Numbered from the stretch's first letter, positions 21,995 to 31,971 are shown. The stretch: 64,000 bases of DNA from an uncultured Hormoscilla sp. (GCA_963921275.4 OZ001293.3:5920001-5984000); one strand, 5' to 3'. The notes: a model not told the origin generated them from the sequence alone. Made by a program: numbers and translations.

Positions 21995-23581
21995 GTGCTG
22001 TATCTAGCAGAAGTACAAAAAAAGGTTGGGACTTTTGGTGTAGGTGCGAAAGCGGAATTGAAACTGCTGGCTAGTCAGCGTGGCGAGCAAAATTGGAAAG
22101 CAGAGAAGGAGGAAGTGGTTGCTACTGAAGAGGCGAAAAATTTTGAAGATGGAGAACTGGTGCTGGTAGAACTATCGGCGAGTAAACAGGTGCAGCGACC
22201 TCCACAAAAGGCAGGGCGTCCTTTGGTGGCAATTCTGCAAAATTTCTCGAAATTGCAGGAAAAGTTTAAGAACCAAGAAGAAGAAATAGAGACTTGGAAA
22301 CAGTCTCTGACTTATCAAGCTCAGGAGTTGAATCGCCGAGAAATGGAAATGCAAGCTCGGCAAGAACAACTGGAGGCGTTGGAGGAAGAGTCGGAAAAGA
22401 TAGAGGAACAAGCGTCCGTGCTGGATGAAGAGCAAAGTGGTAAAATTCAGGAGATATTGGACCGCTTATCGGGGACGATCGCCCCTACGGAGTCGGTGCG
22501 TTCCGAACTAAATCAGGCTTTTGAACTGGTTTCCTCTCAGCAGGGAAATCTAGATCGCCACTGGCAACGGCTGGAGCAACAACGCTCTGAGGGGGACCAA
22601 CTACAAGCAGAAGTTGACAGGATGACCGCAGATCTGGAAAATAGAAGGCAACAGTGGCAAGAAGCTTGCTTAGCTCTAGAACAGGCGAACTCGGAGTTGA
22701 AAACGCAGCAGAAAGCTTTGACTCTGAAGCAAGAATATGCCTCAGCATTGGGACTAAATCTGAAAACTACCGAAGAGTTATATCAACAAATTAATCAGCT
22801 GGCGGAGTCGGCGGGTCAAGTTATTGTCTCTGTAGATATCGAAGCTCTGGAAAAGATGCCGATAGAAGAGCTGCAAGGAAGAGTAGCAGATTTACAACGA
22901 GATCTAGATAAAGCATCAGGCTTTGTCAAAGACCAGGAGGAAGAGCTGCAATACCAATTACAGGCAATTGAGGATCTCAAACAGAAGATCGGGCAAGCTA
23001 GTGAGTACGATCGCCTGACTCTGGAAACGGAAATCTCGGGTGAGGAGGAAAGCTATCGGTACTTGAATGAATTCCTGGTAGGTTCCCGCCGGAATCTCCG
23101 AGAACGAGAAGAGATTTTCAATCAGCATGAAGCGGTGCTGAAACGCCGCCAGAGATATCCGGTGGATCCGGGAAAAGGCGCACAGATTAATCTGGGACCA
23201 GTGCTGGAACAGTTGGAGACTCAGCGACAAGCACAGACGGCGGAATTGCAAAAGTTGGAAAGGGAAATTACTCAGATGCGGGAGGCCATTGGCCAAGCAG
23301 AAAGTTTGATTAACACTCAGATGAGCGAACAAGAGGCCAAAGGCAATGAAATAAAAGAATTGGAGCTTAATTGCCAAGCACAGCGGACCTCGGCGGCAGA
23401 AGTTAGGGCTAAGGTGCATCTATATCAAGAAACTCTACAGCCTATTCAGGACCAGCTCAATGGCCTGCGCTCAAAACTGGAGGCAATTGCTGAGGCCCTC
23501 AACCGGGTGCAGGAAACGGGTGACTATCAACTTCAGGCGATCACGGAAATGCAGCAAACTATTACCAGTCTGACTAATTAG
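21995..23581 (+). CDS. hmpF: Coiled-coil motility protein HmpF
   Basis: MLYLAEVQK...AELKLLA.QR.EQNW N-terminus, WKQSLTYQ.QELNRREMEM; divergent from the hmpA-E cluster. Confidence 0.88.
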   Translation: MLYLAEVQKKVGTFGVGAKAELKLLASQRGEQNWKAEKEEVVATEEAKNFEDGELVLVELSASKQVQRPPQKAGRPLVAILQNFSKLQEKFKNQEEEIETWKQSLTYQAQELNRREMEMQARQEQLEALEEESEKIEEQASVLDEEQSGKIQEILDRLSGTIAPTESVRSELNQAFELVSSQQGNLDRHWQRLEQQRSEGDQLQAEVDRMTADLENRRQQWQEACLALEQANSELKTQQKALTLKQEYASALGLNLKTTEELYQQINQLAESAGQVIVSVDIEALEKMPIEELQGRVADLQRDLDKASGFVKDQEEELQYQLQAIEDLKQKIGQASEYDRLTLETEISGEEESYRYLNEFLVGSRRNLREREEIFNQHEAVLKRRQRYPVDPGKGAQINLGPVLEQLETQRQAQTAELQKLEREITQMREAIGQAESLINTQMSEQEAKGNEIKELELNCQAQRTSAAEVRAKVHLYQETLQPIQDQLNGLRSKLEAIAEALNRVQETGDYQLQAITEMQQTITSLTN

Positions 23582-23589
23582 CGGCCAGA

Positions 23590-24582
23590 TCAATTCAGGT
23601 TCTGGTCTGAGGTTAGCCAGATCCAGGGGTCTTCTACAAGGGCGATCGCCCCCCCGGGAAAAGGATCGGTGTTCGACCGGTTGGGGGCAGATATCAGGGT
23701 GCGAACTTTCTCTATCTGGTCAAAGCGAGGACAGCGGGATAGGGCCATTGTCAAAAATTGTCGCAGTACGCGGCGCTGGAGGGCCACGGGTACTACACGC
23801 AATATCCGACGATTTAAGCCTGGTTGGCTGGGATGTTGAGCTTCCTCTCGGATCTTGGTGGCTGTCTCCTCTAGATACTCTACTTCGGCTTGCAGCAATT
23901 CTGCTGTCTTTGCCAAATTTTCTTCTGCTTTAGGGTTGACATATTGCTGTAAATATGGGATAATTTCCAGGCGCAGGCGATTGCGGGCATATTTCAAATT
24001 TTGGTTGGTGGAGTCTTCCCAGATGGTCAGGTGGAACTGGTGGCAAAATGCGCCAGTTTGAGTGCGGGTGATTTCTAGCAGGGGACGGACTAGCTGGATG
24101 CCAGCATCAAGGGGGCGTTTCCAGGTTAAGGCTTGTAAACCGTCGGCACCGCTACCGCGAATCAGGTTGTATAGCAGGGTTTCGGCCCGATCGCTGGCTG
24201 TGTGTCCGGTGACGATGTACTCCTGGCCCTCTTGACGGGCGATCGCACTCAGGGCCAGATAGCGCCACTGCCTGGCTGCGGCCTCGCTGTTTAATGGCTC
24301 TGTTGCTGTCTGTTGGTAATATGGGATCCCCCAAGTTTGGGCCAGTTGTTCTACGTGCTGGGCGTTGGTCTGGGAGTCGGAACGCCAGCGATGATCGCAG
24401 TGGGCGATCGCCAGTTCCCACCCCCACTTCGACTGTAAGTCTAGCAGTAATTTTATCAAGCACAAAGAGTCTTGTCCGCCAGATACTGCCACGAGGATGG
24501 GCCTGTTTTTGGGCAGGAGTTGGCGCGATCGCAATGTCCGATGTAGCTGGGCGTGGAGTTCTGTCCAATCGTGCTTTACCAT
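23590..24582 (-). CDS. tilS: tRNA(Ile)-lysidine synthetase
   Basis: VAVSGGQDS PP-loop, HCDH, TGHT.SD.AET, RPLL, RNRLR. Confidence 0.95.
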   Translation of the reverse strand: MVKHDWTELHAQLHRTLRSRQLLPKNRPILVAVSGGQDSLCLIKLLLDLQSKWGWELAIAHCDHRWRSDSQTNAQHVEQLAQTWGIPYYQQTATEPLNSEAAARQWRYLALSAIARQEGQEYIVTGHTASDRAETLLYNLIRGSGADGLQALTWKRPLDAGIQLVRPLLEITRTQTGAFCHQFHLTIWEDSTNQNLKYARNRLRLEIIPYLQQYVNPKAEENLAKTAELLQAEVEYLEETATKIREEAQHPSQPGLNRRILRVVPVALQRRVLRQFLTMALSRCPRFDQIEKVRTLISAPNRSNTDPFPGGAIALVEDPWIWLTSDQNLN

Positions 24583-24761
24583 ATTCTACCGTTCGTAGTA
24601 AGCACTTTAGTGCTTCCGTCACTTCGCTGTCAGCCCGCTTTCGCTATCTCGTGGGTAGTGCGAGTAGCGCTCCCACGAGATAGCGAGGGTTCAAACCCCC
24701 TGCTAATAGCTCAAGAGAGAATAATGATTAAACTATTTATAGCATTCTTTTGACAAACTCG

Positions 24762-24992
24762 CTATTCTTCCTCCAGTCCCTCCAAAACCACATCCTCATA
24801 AAGCATCTCGATAGGAAAACTTAAATCGACCGAAGTTAAATTGACCTCATCCCCTTCCCCATAATTATATATTTCCAAAACCCCATTTTTGTTAGGTCGA
24901 AAGCACTCCACCGACATCTCTTCGCCATCTATCAAAACGTATTCTTTGAAAGTAGAAATGCGGCGATAATTTTGAAACTTTTTGCCCCCCAT
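24762..24992 (-). pseudogene. C-terminal fragment of a Uma2 endonuclease
   Basis: KFQNYRRISTFKEYVLID...FPIEMLYEDV with no N-terminal half. Confidence 0.75.
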
Positions 24993-25166
24993 AAAGGAGA
25001 CATCAGTAGGAGTTTACTCAGACGAATTTTAATGCCTGCTGGTATTTCTTAAGATGAATGGGAAAATTTGTAGTTGGAGAACGCGATCGCCCTTGTTGGC
25101 AGTGGCTGCGATCGCCTTTCCTCAAGTTTTAGCATCGGGATCATCCCATTTCTCTCCCCTACTCCC

Positions 25167-25901
25167 CTAGGCCTTCATCTGTGAAATAATCTGCAAACTC
25201 ATTTCGCTAGATAACTCCCATTGCCGATTTTCAAGAGCGACTTTCTGTAAAAATATCAGATAGTTCGGCTTGCAAATACAGGGGTTCGGCTTCGGCGTAT
25301 CGTCCTTGGGACTTGTAGAGTCCTGCCAGGCCGTTGAGACTTTTGGCCACATCGGGATGTGCGGACCCCAGCAGTTGCTTTCTCATCTCCAAGGCTTCTT
25401 TATACAGGGGTTCGGCTTCGGCGTATCGTCCTTGGGACTTGTAGAGTCCTGCCAGGTTGTTGAGAATGGTGGCCACATGAGGATGTGCGGACCCCAGCCG
25501 TTGCTTATACATCTCCAAGGCTTCTTTATACAGGGGTTCGGCTTCGGCGTATCGCCCTTGGTCCGAGTAGAGTCCTGCCAGGTTGTTGAGACTTTGGGCC
25601 ACATGGGGATGTGCGGACCCTAGCAGTTGCTTTTGGATCTCCAAGGCTTCCTTATACAGGGGTTCGGCTATGCGCTGCGCGCACGCTGCGCGGACGGCGT
25701 ATCATCCTTGGGAGTAGTAAAGTAAGCCAGGTTGTTGAGACTGGTGGCCACATGGGGATGTGCGGACCCCAGCAGTTGCTTTCTCATTTCCAAGGCTTCG
25801 GTAAGCAGGGGTTCGGCTTCGGCGTATCGCCCTTGGGAGTAGTAGAGTTCTGCCATGTCGTTGAGACTGGCCGTATAATCATTCGACTGTTCGTTTGTCA
25901 T
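25167..25901 (-). pseudogene. 42-aa TPR repeat protein (TPR_10/12 type), frameshifted
   Basis: HPxVAxSLNNLAxLYxSQGRYAEAEPL units; 1-nt deletion at about 25725; 24-nt net insertion at 25667-25694; broken 3' end. Confidence 0.85.
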
Positions 25902-26190
25902 ATCGTTCCTCTTTTGTAAATTTGTTAAGCATTATATGATTGCGCTTCAACGAGGGCTAGTCCCTCTTCACCTCTGCGAATCCTTCGACGGTTCGTTTGT
26001 CATATCGTTCCTTCTTTGTAGATTTGTTAAGCATTATATGATTACGCTTCAACGAGCGCTGGTTCCTCTTAACTTTGACCTGTCCGATCGGTGACGAGCC
26101 TAAGTCTCTCTTAACACCGGTCTGTCCTCATGGTCTAACTTGAACCCTCGTCATGGGTGGCCGGGGAGAATGAAACAGACATGTTGGCCT

Positions 26191-26375
26191 CTTGAGAGGT
26201 TTAAAACCTCAACTGAGAGGTTTAAAACCTCAACTGAGAGGTTTAAAACCTCAACCGAGAGGTCTAAAACCTCAACCGAGAGGTCTAAAACCTCAACCGA
26301 GAGGTTTAAAACCCCAATTGAGAGGTTTAAACCCCCAACCGAGAGATTTTCAACCCCAACCGAGAGGTCCAAAAC
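26191..26375. repeat. 21-bp tandem repeat array (GAGAGGTTTAAAACCTCAACT consensus, about 9 units)
   Basis: Direct tandem units with no spacers; second array at about 31552-31695. Confidence 0.9.
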
Positions 26376-26438
26376 CAGAACAGTGAGGCATGGGTTTGTA
26401 GATAGGTGCCGGTTGAGGTCAAAGTACCCTCCCCAGAA

Positions 26439-26921
26439 CTAAGACTCAGGCTGTTGTGACGCCCCACTGCTGGACTTGCGGGCGAACCGACGGGCCATAT
26501 CGTCCACAGCCGCTTCTAACCCCGCATTTCCTTTGGTCGCCTTGGCATAGTTATAAACCTCCAAAGCTGCCATATAAGCCTCGCTTCCTACCACTGCCAC
26601 GGTATCGTCCAGAAGTTCCTGAAGTTGACTTACTGCCAAGACAATGGGATAAAGGGCCTCAAACAGTTCCATATCTTTCCGCATCTCCTCGATATCAAAA
26701 GATCGGGGCAAAAAATCCGGGTTTTGGGTCGCCACTTCCAATGCCTTGACCACAAACCCCCGACTTTTATCTCCCAAACGCGGCAAAGATTTGCTTTCCT
26801 CGGGACTCAACCCGAGCAAAAATGGCAATTTTTCCTTGATTTTAGCGATCGCGGCGAGAACTGCCTGTCGATCTTCAGGCGTTAAACTGGTACTAATTCG
26901 ATTTGCAGTCATCTTGTCCAA
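26439..26921 (-). CDS. Hypothetical helical protein
   Basis: 160-aa ORF; truncated paralogues at 2192-2362 and 31740-31970. Confidence 0.75.
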   Translation of the reverse strand: MDKMTANRISTSLTPEDRQAVLAAIAKIKEKLPFLLGLSPEESKSLPRLGDKSRGFVVKALEVATQNPDFLPRSFDIEEMRKDMELFEALYPIVLAVSQLQELLDDTVAVVGSEAYMAALEVYNYAKATKGNAGLEAAVDDMARRFARKSSSGASQQPES

Positions 26922-27011
26922 CTCCGAGGAATGACATCAACTTCTCTATTTTGACCAAGTATATCCTTGGAAAAGGATATACTTGGGTGTAGTCTTGCGC
27001 CCGTTGGTGAC

Positions 27012-27159
27012 GGGTGCATCTGCTATGCACGCAAAGGTACATTAATAATACATGTAATGAGCGCCCGCGAAGGCGGGCTTTGTTTGTGTAGCCGGACCCT
27101 TAGCTGCTGCGCAGCAGTTTCCTATTAGGGTTCGGGCGATGCAAATATGAGATGCACCC
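27012..27159. mobile_element. MITE with GGGTGCATCT...AGATGCACCC inverted ends
   Basis: Inverted copy at 35967-36068 and a half copy at about 37175-37192. Confidence 0.65.
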
Positions 27160-27232
27160 ACCCTCAATACTTCTCGGTTAACAACTTGTCATTGCGATTT
27201 TATGCGCTGCGTGGGGGGTCGGACCTGCCCGA

Positions 27233-27382
27233 AGCACTTTAGTGCTTACTACGAACCGCCCCAAGCACTTTAGTGCTTACTACGAACCGCCCCAAGCACT
27301 TTAGTGCTTACTACGAACCGCCCCAAGCACTTTAGTGCTTACTACGAACCGCCCCCAGTAAAGTGCTTACTACGAACCGCCC
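27233..27382. repeat. Tandem REP-like units AAGCACTTTAGTGCTTACTACGAACCGCCCC (31-bp period, about 5 copies)
   Basis: GTAG plus TAAGCAC-TAAA/TTTA-GTGCTT hairpin; same family at 24591, 51731-51825 and 57141-57237, with a variant at 39250-39330 and 49843-49945. Confidence 0.85.
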
Positions 27383-27476
27383 ATCGCTTATCGATTAACA
27401 AAACTTAACTTGCCGAACCGACCGGTTCCGTGTTAAATTTAAGTCAACAAGAAATGAAAACCAAGAAAAGAAGGAG

Positions 27477-28415
27477 ATGTCGGTGATGGAAAAACCAACT
27501 AAGAAAAAACCTACATTCATCAGTCCCACAGTCGATTATGCGTTCAAAAAAATATTTGGCTCTGACAGAAGTGAAGATATTCTGCTCAGCTTCTTGAATG
27601 CAATAATATATAAAGGGGAAAACGTCATATCTTCCTTAACAATTACAAATCCTTACAACCCGGGTCAAGTAAAGACATTAAAGGACAGTTACTTGGATGT
27701 GAGAGCGGTACTAAGAAGTGGAGAGATAGTCCTGATAGAAATGCTAGTAGCACGGGTGCAGGCATTTCACAAGCGAGTGACCTACAATATGTGTAAGTCC
27801 TATGCGAATCAGTTGGATGAAGGAGAATTTTACCTGGGGATAGCACCAGTGATAGCAGTGACTGTAACAGATTTTATCCTGTTCAAGGAAAGCAAATTAA
27901 TTCATCATTTTGTGTTCCGAGAAAAAGAAGAAAAGGGGACAGAGTATCCGGAGCATGAATTACAGCTCGTATTTGTGGAATTGCCAAGATTAAAAAAAGA
28001 GTTGAAAGACCTGATGACCTTAACAGATAAATGGATTTATTTCATTAAACATGCGTCAGAATTAACGGAAGTTCCTCCGACTTTGGGAGAGATAGCAGAA
28101 ATAGACAAGGCATTAAAGATAGCAAAGCTAGTTAATATGGAGCCGGAAGAAGCAGAAGCAGTAATAAGTCGTGCAATAAGTTTGCAAGATGAGATAGGAA
28201 AGATTAAGTATGCAAATGAAGAAGGGCGCATTACTGAAGCAGGGACTTTGGTAATGCGCCTGCTTAAAAAGCGATTTGGAGAAATGACAGAGGAAATAAA
28301 TAGCGTCATAGAAAGTTTGTCGCTGTCAGATTTAGAAAGGTTAACAGAGGATATTTTGGATTTTAATAGTCGGGAAGATTTGTTGCATTGGTTGTCGTCA
28401 GCCTCTAAGTATTAG
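27477..28415 (+). CDS. Rpn family PD-(D/E)XK nuclease/transposase-like protein with a DUF4351-like tail
   Basis: P.VDYAFKKIFG, YLDV, IEM(L), FVELP, DKWIYF; C-terminal RLLKKRFG...LS..LE.L.E.ILDF.S..DL..WL. Confidence 0.9.
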   Translation: MSVMEKPTKKKPTFISPTVDYAFKKIFGSDRSEDILLSFLNAIIYKGENVISSLTITNPYNPGQVKTLKDSYLDVRAVLRSGEIVLIEMLVARVQAFHKRVTYNMCKSYANQLDEGEFYLGIAPVIAVTVTDFILFKESKLIHHFVFREKEEKGTEYPEHELQLVFVELPRLKKELKDLMTLTDKWIYFIKHASELTEVPPTLGEIAEIDKALKIAKLVNMEPEEAEAVISRAISLQDEIGKIKYANEEGRITEAGTLVMRLLKKRFGEMTEEINSVIESLSLSDLERLTEDILDFNSREDLLHWLSSASKY

Positions 28416-28524
28416 TTTTTGGGCTCTGGCAAGGACTAGAAACCGGGTTTCTCTGTTCAACCTTGGGTAAAGACTTTTGGATATCGCCCCGGTTTCTTGC
28501 CACAATGCCCATGTTGTGAAATCA

Positions 28525-28655
28525 GAATGGGTTCGGCTATGCGCTGCGCGCACGCTGCGCGGACGGCGTATCGCCCTTGAGACCTGTAGAGTTCTGCCAA
28601 ATTGTTGAAACTGGTGGCTACATCTGGATGTGCGGACCTCAGCAGTTGCTTTCTT
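28525..28655 (-). pseudogene. Single TPR-repeat remnant
   Basis: Degenerate copy of the 126-bp TPR unit carrying the same 28-nt insert as 25667. Confidence 0.7.
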
Positions 28656-28754
28656 TCCGCTCGTCGTATCCCTTGCGGGAGCGCAGCGCAATCCCTTTCA
28701 AGGTATATACAGGTGAGCGTCGAGTCTGACAGTGGGCACGGCCCACTCTACTGG

Positions 28755-30343
28755 CTATAGATTAAAACTGCCGAAGCCTTTGTTGTTCTTGCTCTTTTTC
28801 TTTTTCTTCTTAGGAGTCCCGCCGCTGTAGCCCCACTCGTTAGATAACTCCCCTTGCCGATTTTTAAGAGCGACTTGCTGTAAAAACATCAGGTAGTTCT
28901 GCTGAAGTTTCTGAGTAAGGGGATGATCTTGTCCTAGTTGTGAAATCAGAATAGTTACAGCTTCCTTAAACAGGGGTTCGGCTTCGGCGTATCGCCCTTG
29001 GGAGGAGTAGAGTAAAGCCAGGTTGTTGAGACTGCCGGCCATATGGGGATGTGCGGACCCCAGCAGTTGCTTTCTCATCTCCAAGGCTTCCTTATGCAGG
29101 GGTTCGGCTTCTGCGTATCGTCCTTGGGAGTAGTAGAGTTCTGCCAGGCCGTTGAGACTGCTGGCCACATGGGGATGTGCGGACCCCAGTAGTTGCTTAG
29201 ACATCTCCAAGGCTTCCTTAAACAGGGGTTCGGCTTCGGCGTATCGCCCTTGGGAGTCGTAGAGTCCTGCCAGGTTGTTGAGACTGGTGGCCACATTGGG
29301 ATGTGCGGACCCCAGCAGTTGCTTCTGGATCTCCAAGGCTTCCAAATACAGGGGTTCGGCTTCGACGTATCGCCTTTGAGACCTGTAGAGTTCTGCCAGG
29401 TTGTTAAGACTGGCGGCCACATCTGGATGTGCGGACCCCAGCAGTTGCTTTCTCATCTCCAAGGCTTCCAAATACAGGGGTTCGGCTTCGGCGTATCGCC
29501 CTTGGTCCGAGTAGAGTACTGCCAGGTTGTTAAGACTGCCGGCCACATCTGGATGTGCGGACCCCAGCAGTTGCTTTCTCATCTCCAAGGCTTCCTTATA
29601 CAGAGGTTCGGCTTAAACAGGGGTTCGGCTTCGGCGTATCGCCCTTGGGAGTAGTAGAGTCCTGCCAGGTTGTTGAAACTGTTGGCCACATCTGGATGTG
29701 CGGACCCCAGCAGTTGCTTTCTCATCTCCAAGGCTTCCTTATACAGAGGTTCGGCTTCGGCGTATCGCCCTTGGGACTTGTAGAGTAAAGCCAGGTTGTT
29801 GAGACTGGTGGCCACATCGGGATGTTTCGACCCCAGCAGTTGCTTAGACATCTCCAAGGCTTCCTTATACAGGGGTTCGGCTTCGGCATATCGCCCTTGG
29901 AACCTGTAGAATTCTGCCAGGTTGTTGAGACTGGTGGCCACATCGGGATGTTTCGACCCCAGCAGTTGCTTAGACATCTCCAAGGCTTCCTTATACAGAG
30001 GTTCGGCGTCGGCGTATCGTCCTTGGGATTCGTATAGTCCTGCCAGGTTGTTGAGACTGGTGGCTACAGAAGGATGTGCGGACCCCAGCAGTTGCTTTTT
30101 CATCTCCAAGGCTTCCTTAAACAGGGGTTCAGCTTCGGCGTATCGCCCTTGGAACCTGTAGAGTACTGCCAGGTTGTTGAGACTGGTGGCCACATCGGGA
30201 TGTTTCGACCCCAGCAGTTGCTTAGACATCTCCAAGGCTTCGGTAAGCAGGGGTTCGGCTTCGGCGTATCGCCCTTGGGACATGTAGAGTTCTGCCCGGC
30301 TGTTGAGACTGGCCGTATAATCATTCGACGGTTCGTTTGTCAT
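28755..30343 (-). pseudogene. Large 42-aa TPR repeat protein split by a frameshift
   Basis: About 11-12 units of 126 bp; an extra 17 nt (TAAACAGGGGTTCGGCT) at about 29613-29630 shifts the frame; Lys-rich KKKKKKSKNNKGFG tail. Confidence 0.85.
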
Positions 30344-30376
30344 ATCGTTCCTCCTTTGTAGATTTGTTAAGCATTA

Positions 30377-31388
30377 ACTCAAGTTGCGACCTATAAAAAT
30401 TGGATACAAAAAGCTATGATAAAGAGAATTATTTTCAACTCTAATCCCTTAGATGTAACAGCATGAATTGACTTGGGAAACAAATTGGTGATTCGACTAA
30501 AACAGGTTTCAACTTGTTTTCTTGTTACTTTTTGTATATATTCAAAACAAGAATATTCTTTTCTTTTTGAGTTCTTTTTTCGCAAAGGTTTTAACATTAT
30601 ACTTGACGACTCTTTTAGTAAATCCTCTAATTGATAATCATTATAAGCTTTATCTCCATAAACTATTGAATTTGATGGTAAGTCAAAGCCAAAAGATTGC
30701 AAAACTTTAACATCATTATAACTACCAGGATCTAGATAAAATTCTATTGGCTTTCCATTTTTGTTTACCAACATATGAACTCTTAATCCATAAAAATAAC
30801 GTTTTTTACTGGCAATATACCCTCGATATTCTTCCTTGTTATAAATTTGGCATCTATCAATCCTAATATTATCACATACTGGCACCGGGAAACTATCAAG
30901 AATATATTCTTGACCCGGATTGAGCTCTTTAAATGTTTGAGCTATAACTTGGAAGAAAAACATCCAAATTGGTTCGTCAATATTGTGTAATCGACGATTG
31001 AACCTACTTTTACTTAACAGATTTTTTATATACTTGTGTTCGACCATAAATTGACAAGAGCGATCGTGGTGTCCTCCGAAAAAATATGCAGCAACTAATC
31101 CGACTGTCATCACTTCGGCATTGTTCATTTTTACTTGTGGATCTTCTTTTATATTTAACGCTTTTAGTAGCTCGTCACAAAGAACAAAAATTGTTGTAAT
31201 CATATCTTCCATCATCTACATCCCCCAGCAATTAACTATTATTTTAGTACATTATAACCTATAAACAGCCAACCCGCCGTCTAGCACAAAAAAAATATAA
31301 TTTTGTATCAAAAGCTACGAAATATCCCAAATATCTGTAAAGTCTAAGTGGGTAATTCATATTTTTTTTAATAGGTCGCAACTTAGGT
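30377..31388 (-). mobile_element. IS982 family insertion sequence
   Basis: Inverted ends ACTCAAGTTGCGACCTAT / ACCTAAGTTGCGACCTAT; 9-bp TSD TAAGCATTA; AT-rich. Confidence 0.92.
30391..31215 (-). CDS. IS982 family DDE transposase
   Basis: ILDSFPVPVC..IR, GY.ASKKRYFYG..VH, GDKAY, R..VET.FS motifs. Confidence 0.92.
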   Translation of the reverse strand: MMEDMITTIFVLCDELLKALNIKEDPQVKMNNAEVMTVGLVAAYFFGGHHDRSCQFMVEHKYIKNLLSKSRFNRRLHNIDEPIWMFFFQVIAQTFKELNPGQEYILDSFPVPVCDNIRIDRCQIYNKEEYRGYIASKKRYFYGLRVHMLVNKNGKPIEFYLDPGSYNDVKVLQSFGFDLPSNSIVYGDKAYNDYQLEDLLKESSSIMLKPLRKKNSKRKEYSCFEYIQKVTRKQVETCFSRITNLFPKSIHAVTSKGLELKIILFIIAFCIQFL

Positions 31389-31739
31389 TAAGCATTATAT
31401 GATTACGCTTCAACGAGGGCTAGTCCCTCTTCATCTCTGCTGTCCGATCGGCGACAGGCCCGAGTCTCTCTTAACACAGGTCTGTCTTCATGGTCTAACT
31501 TGAACCCTCATCATGGGTGGCCGGGGAGAATGAAACAGACATGCTGGCCTCTTGAGAGGTTTTAAACCCCAACCGAGAGGTCCAAAACCTCAACCGAGAG
31601 GTCCAAAACCTCAACTGAGAGGTCCAAAACCTCAACTGAGAGGTTTAAAACCCCAACCGAGAGGTTTAAACCTCAACCGAGAGGTCCAAAACCAGAACAA
31701 ACGGGTTTGCCGGTTGAGATCAAAGTCCCCTCCCCAGAA

Positions 31740-31970
31740 CTAAGACTCAGGCTGTTGTGACGCCCCACCGCTGGACTTGCGGGCGAACCGACGGGCCATA
31801 TCGTCTACCGCCGCTTCTAACCCCGCATCTCCCTTGATGGCCTTGGCATAGTTATAAACCGCCAACCATATAAGCCTCGCTTCCTGCCAAGGCGACTGTA
31901 TCGTCCAGAAGTTCTTGGAGTTGGCTCGAGGCCAAAGTAATAGGATAAAGGGCCTCGAACAACTCCACAG
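31740..31970 (-). pseudogene. 3' half of the 160-aa hypothetical gene (duplicate)
   Basis: Close match to 26439-26670; 5' part missing, abuts the ccsB stop. Confidence 0.8.
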
Positions 31971-31971
31971 T

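Noticed and set aside
25944..26070. CRISPR repeat-like motif AGGGACTAGCCCTCGTTGAAGC (minus strand; also 2189 and 31407)
   Set aside because: It ends like some CRISPR repeats, but the copies belong to a duplicated gene leader and the intervening DNA is duplicated flank, not a spacer.
26140..26442. ORFs over the 21-bp arrays (also 31552-31743 and 41448-41741)
   Set aside because: They are open only because the repeat lacks stop codons; no RBS or family similarity.
27233..27382. CRISPR array (also 49843-49945, 51731-51825, 57141-57237)
   Set aside because: The palindromic units are separated by very short, identical or near-identical linkers rather than unique spacers, and no cas genes are present; these are REP-like tandems.
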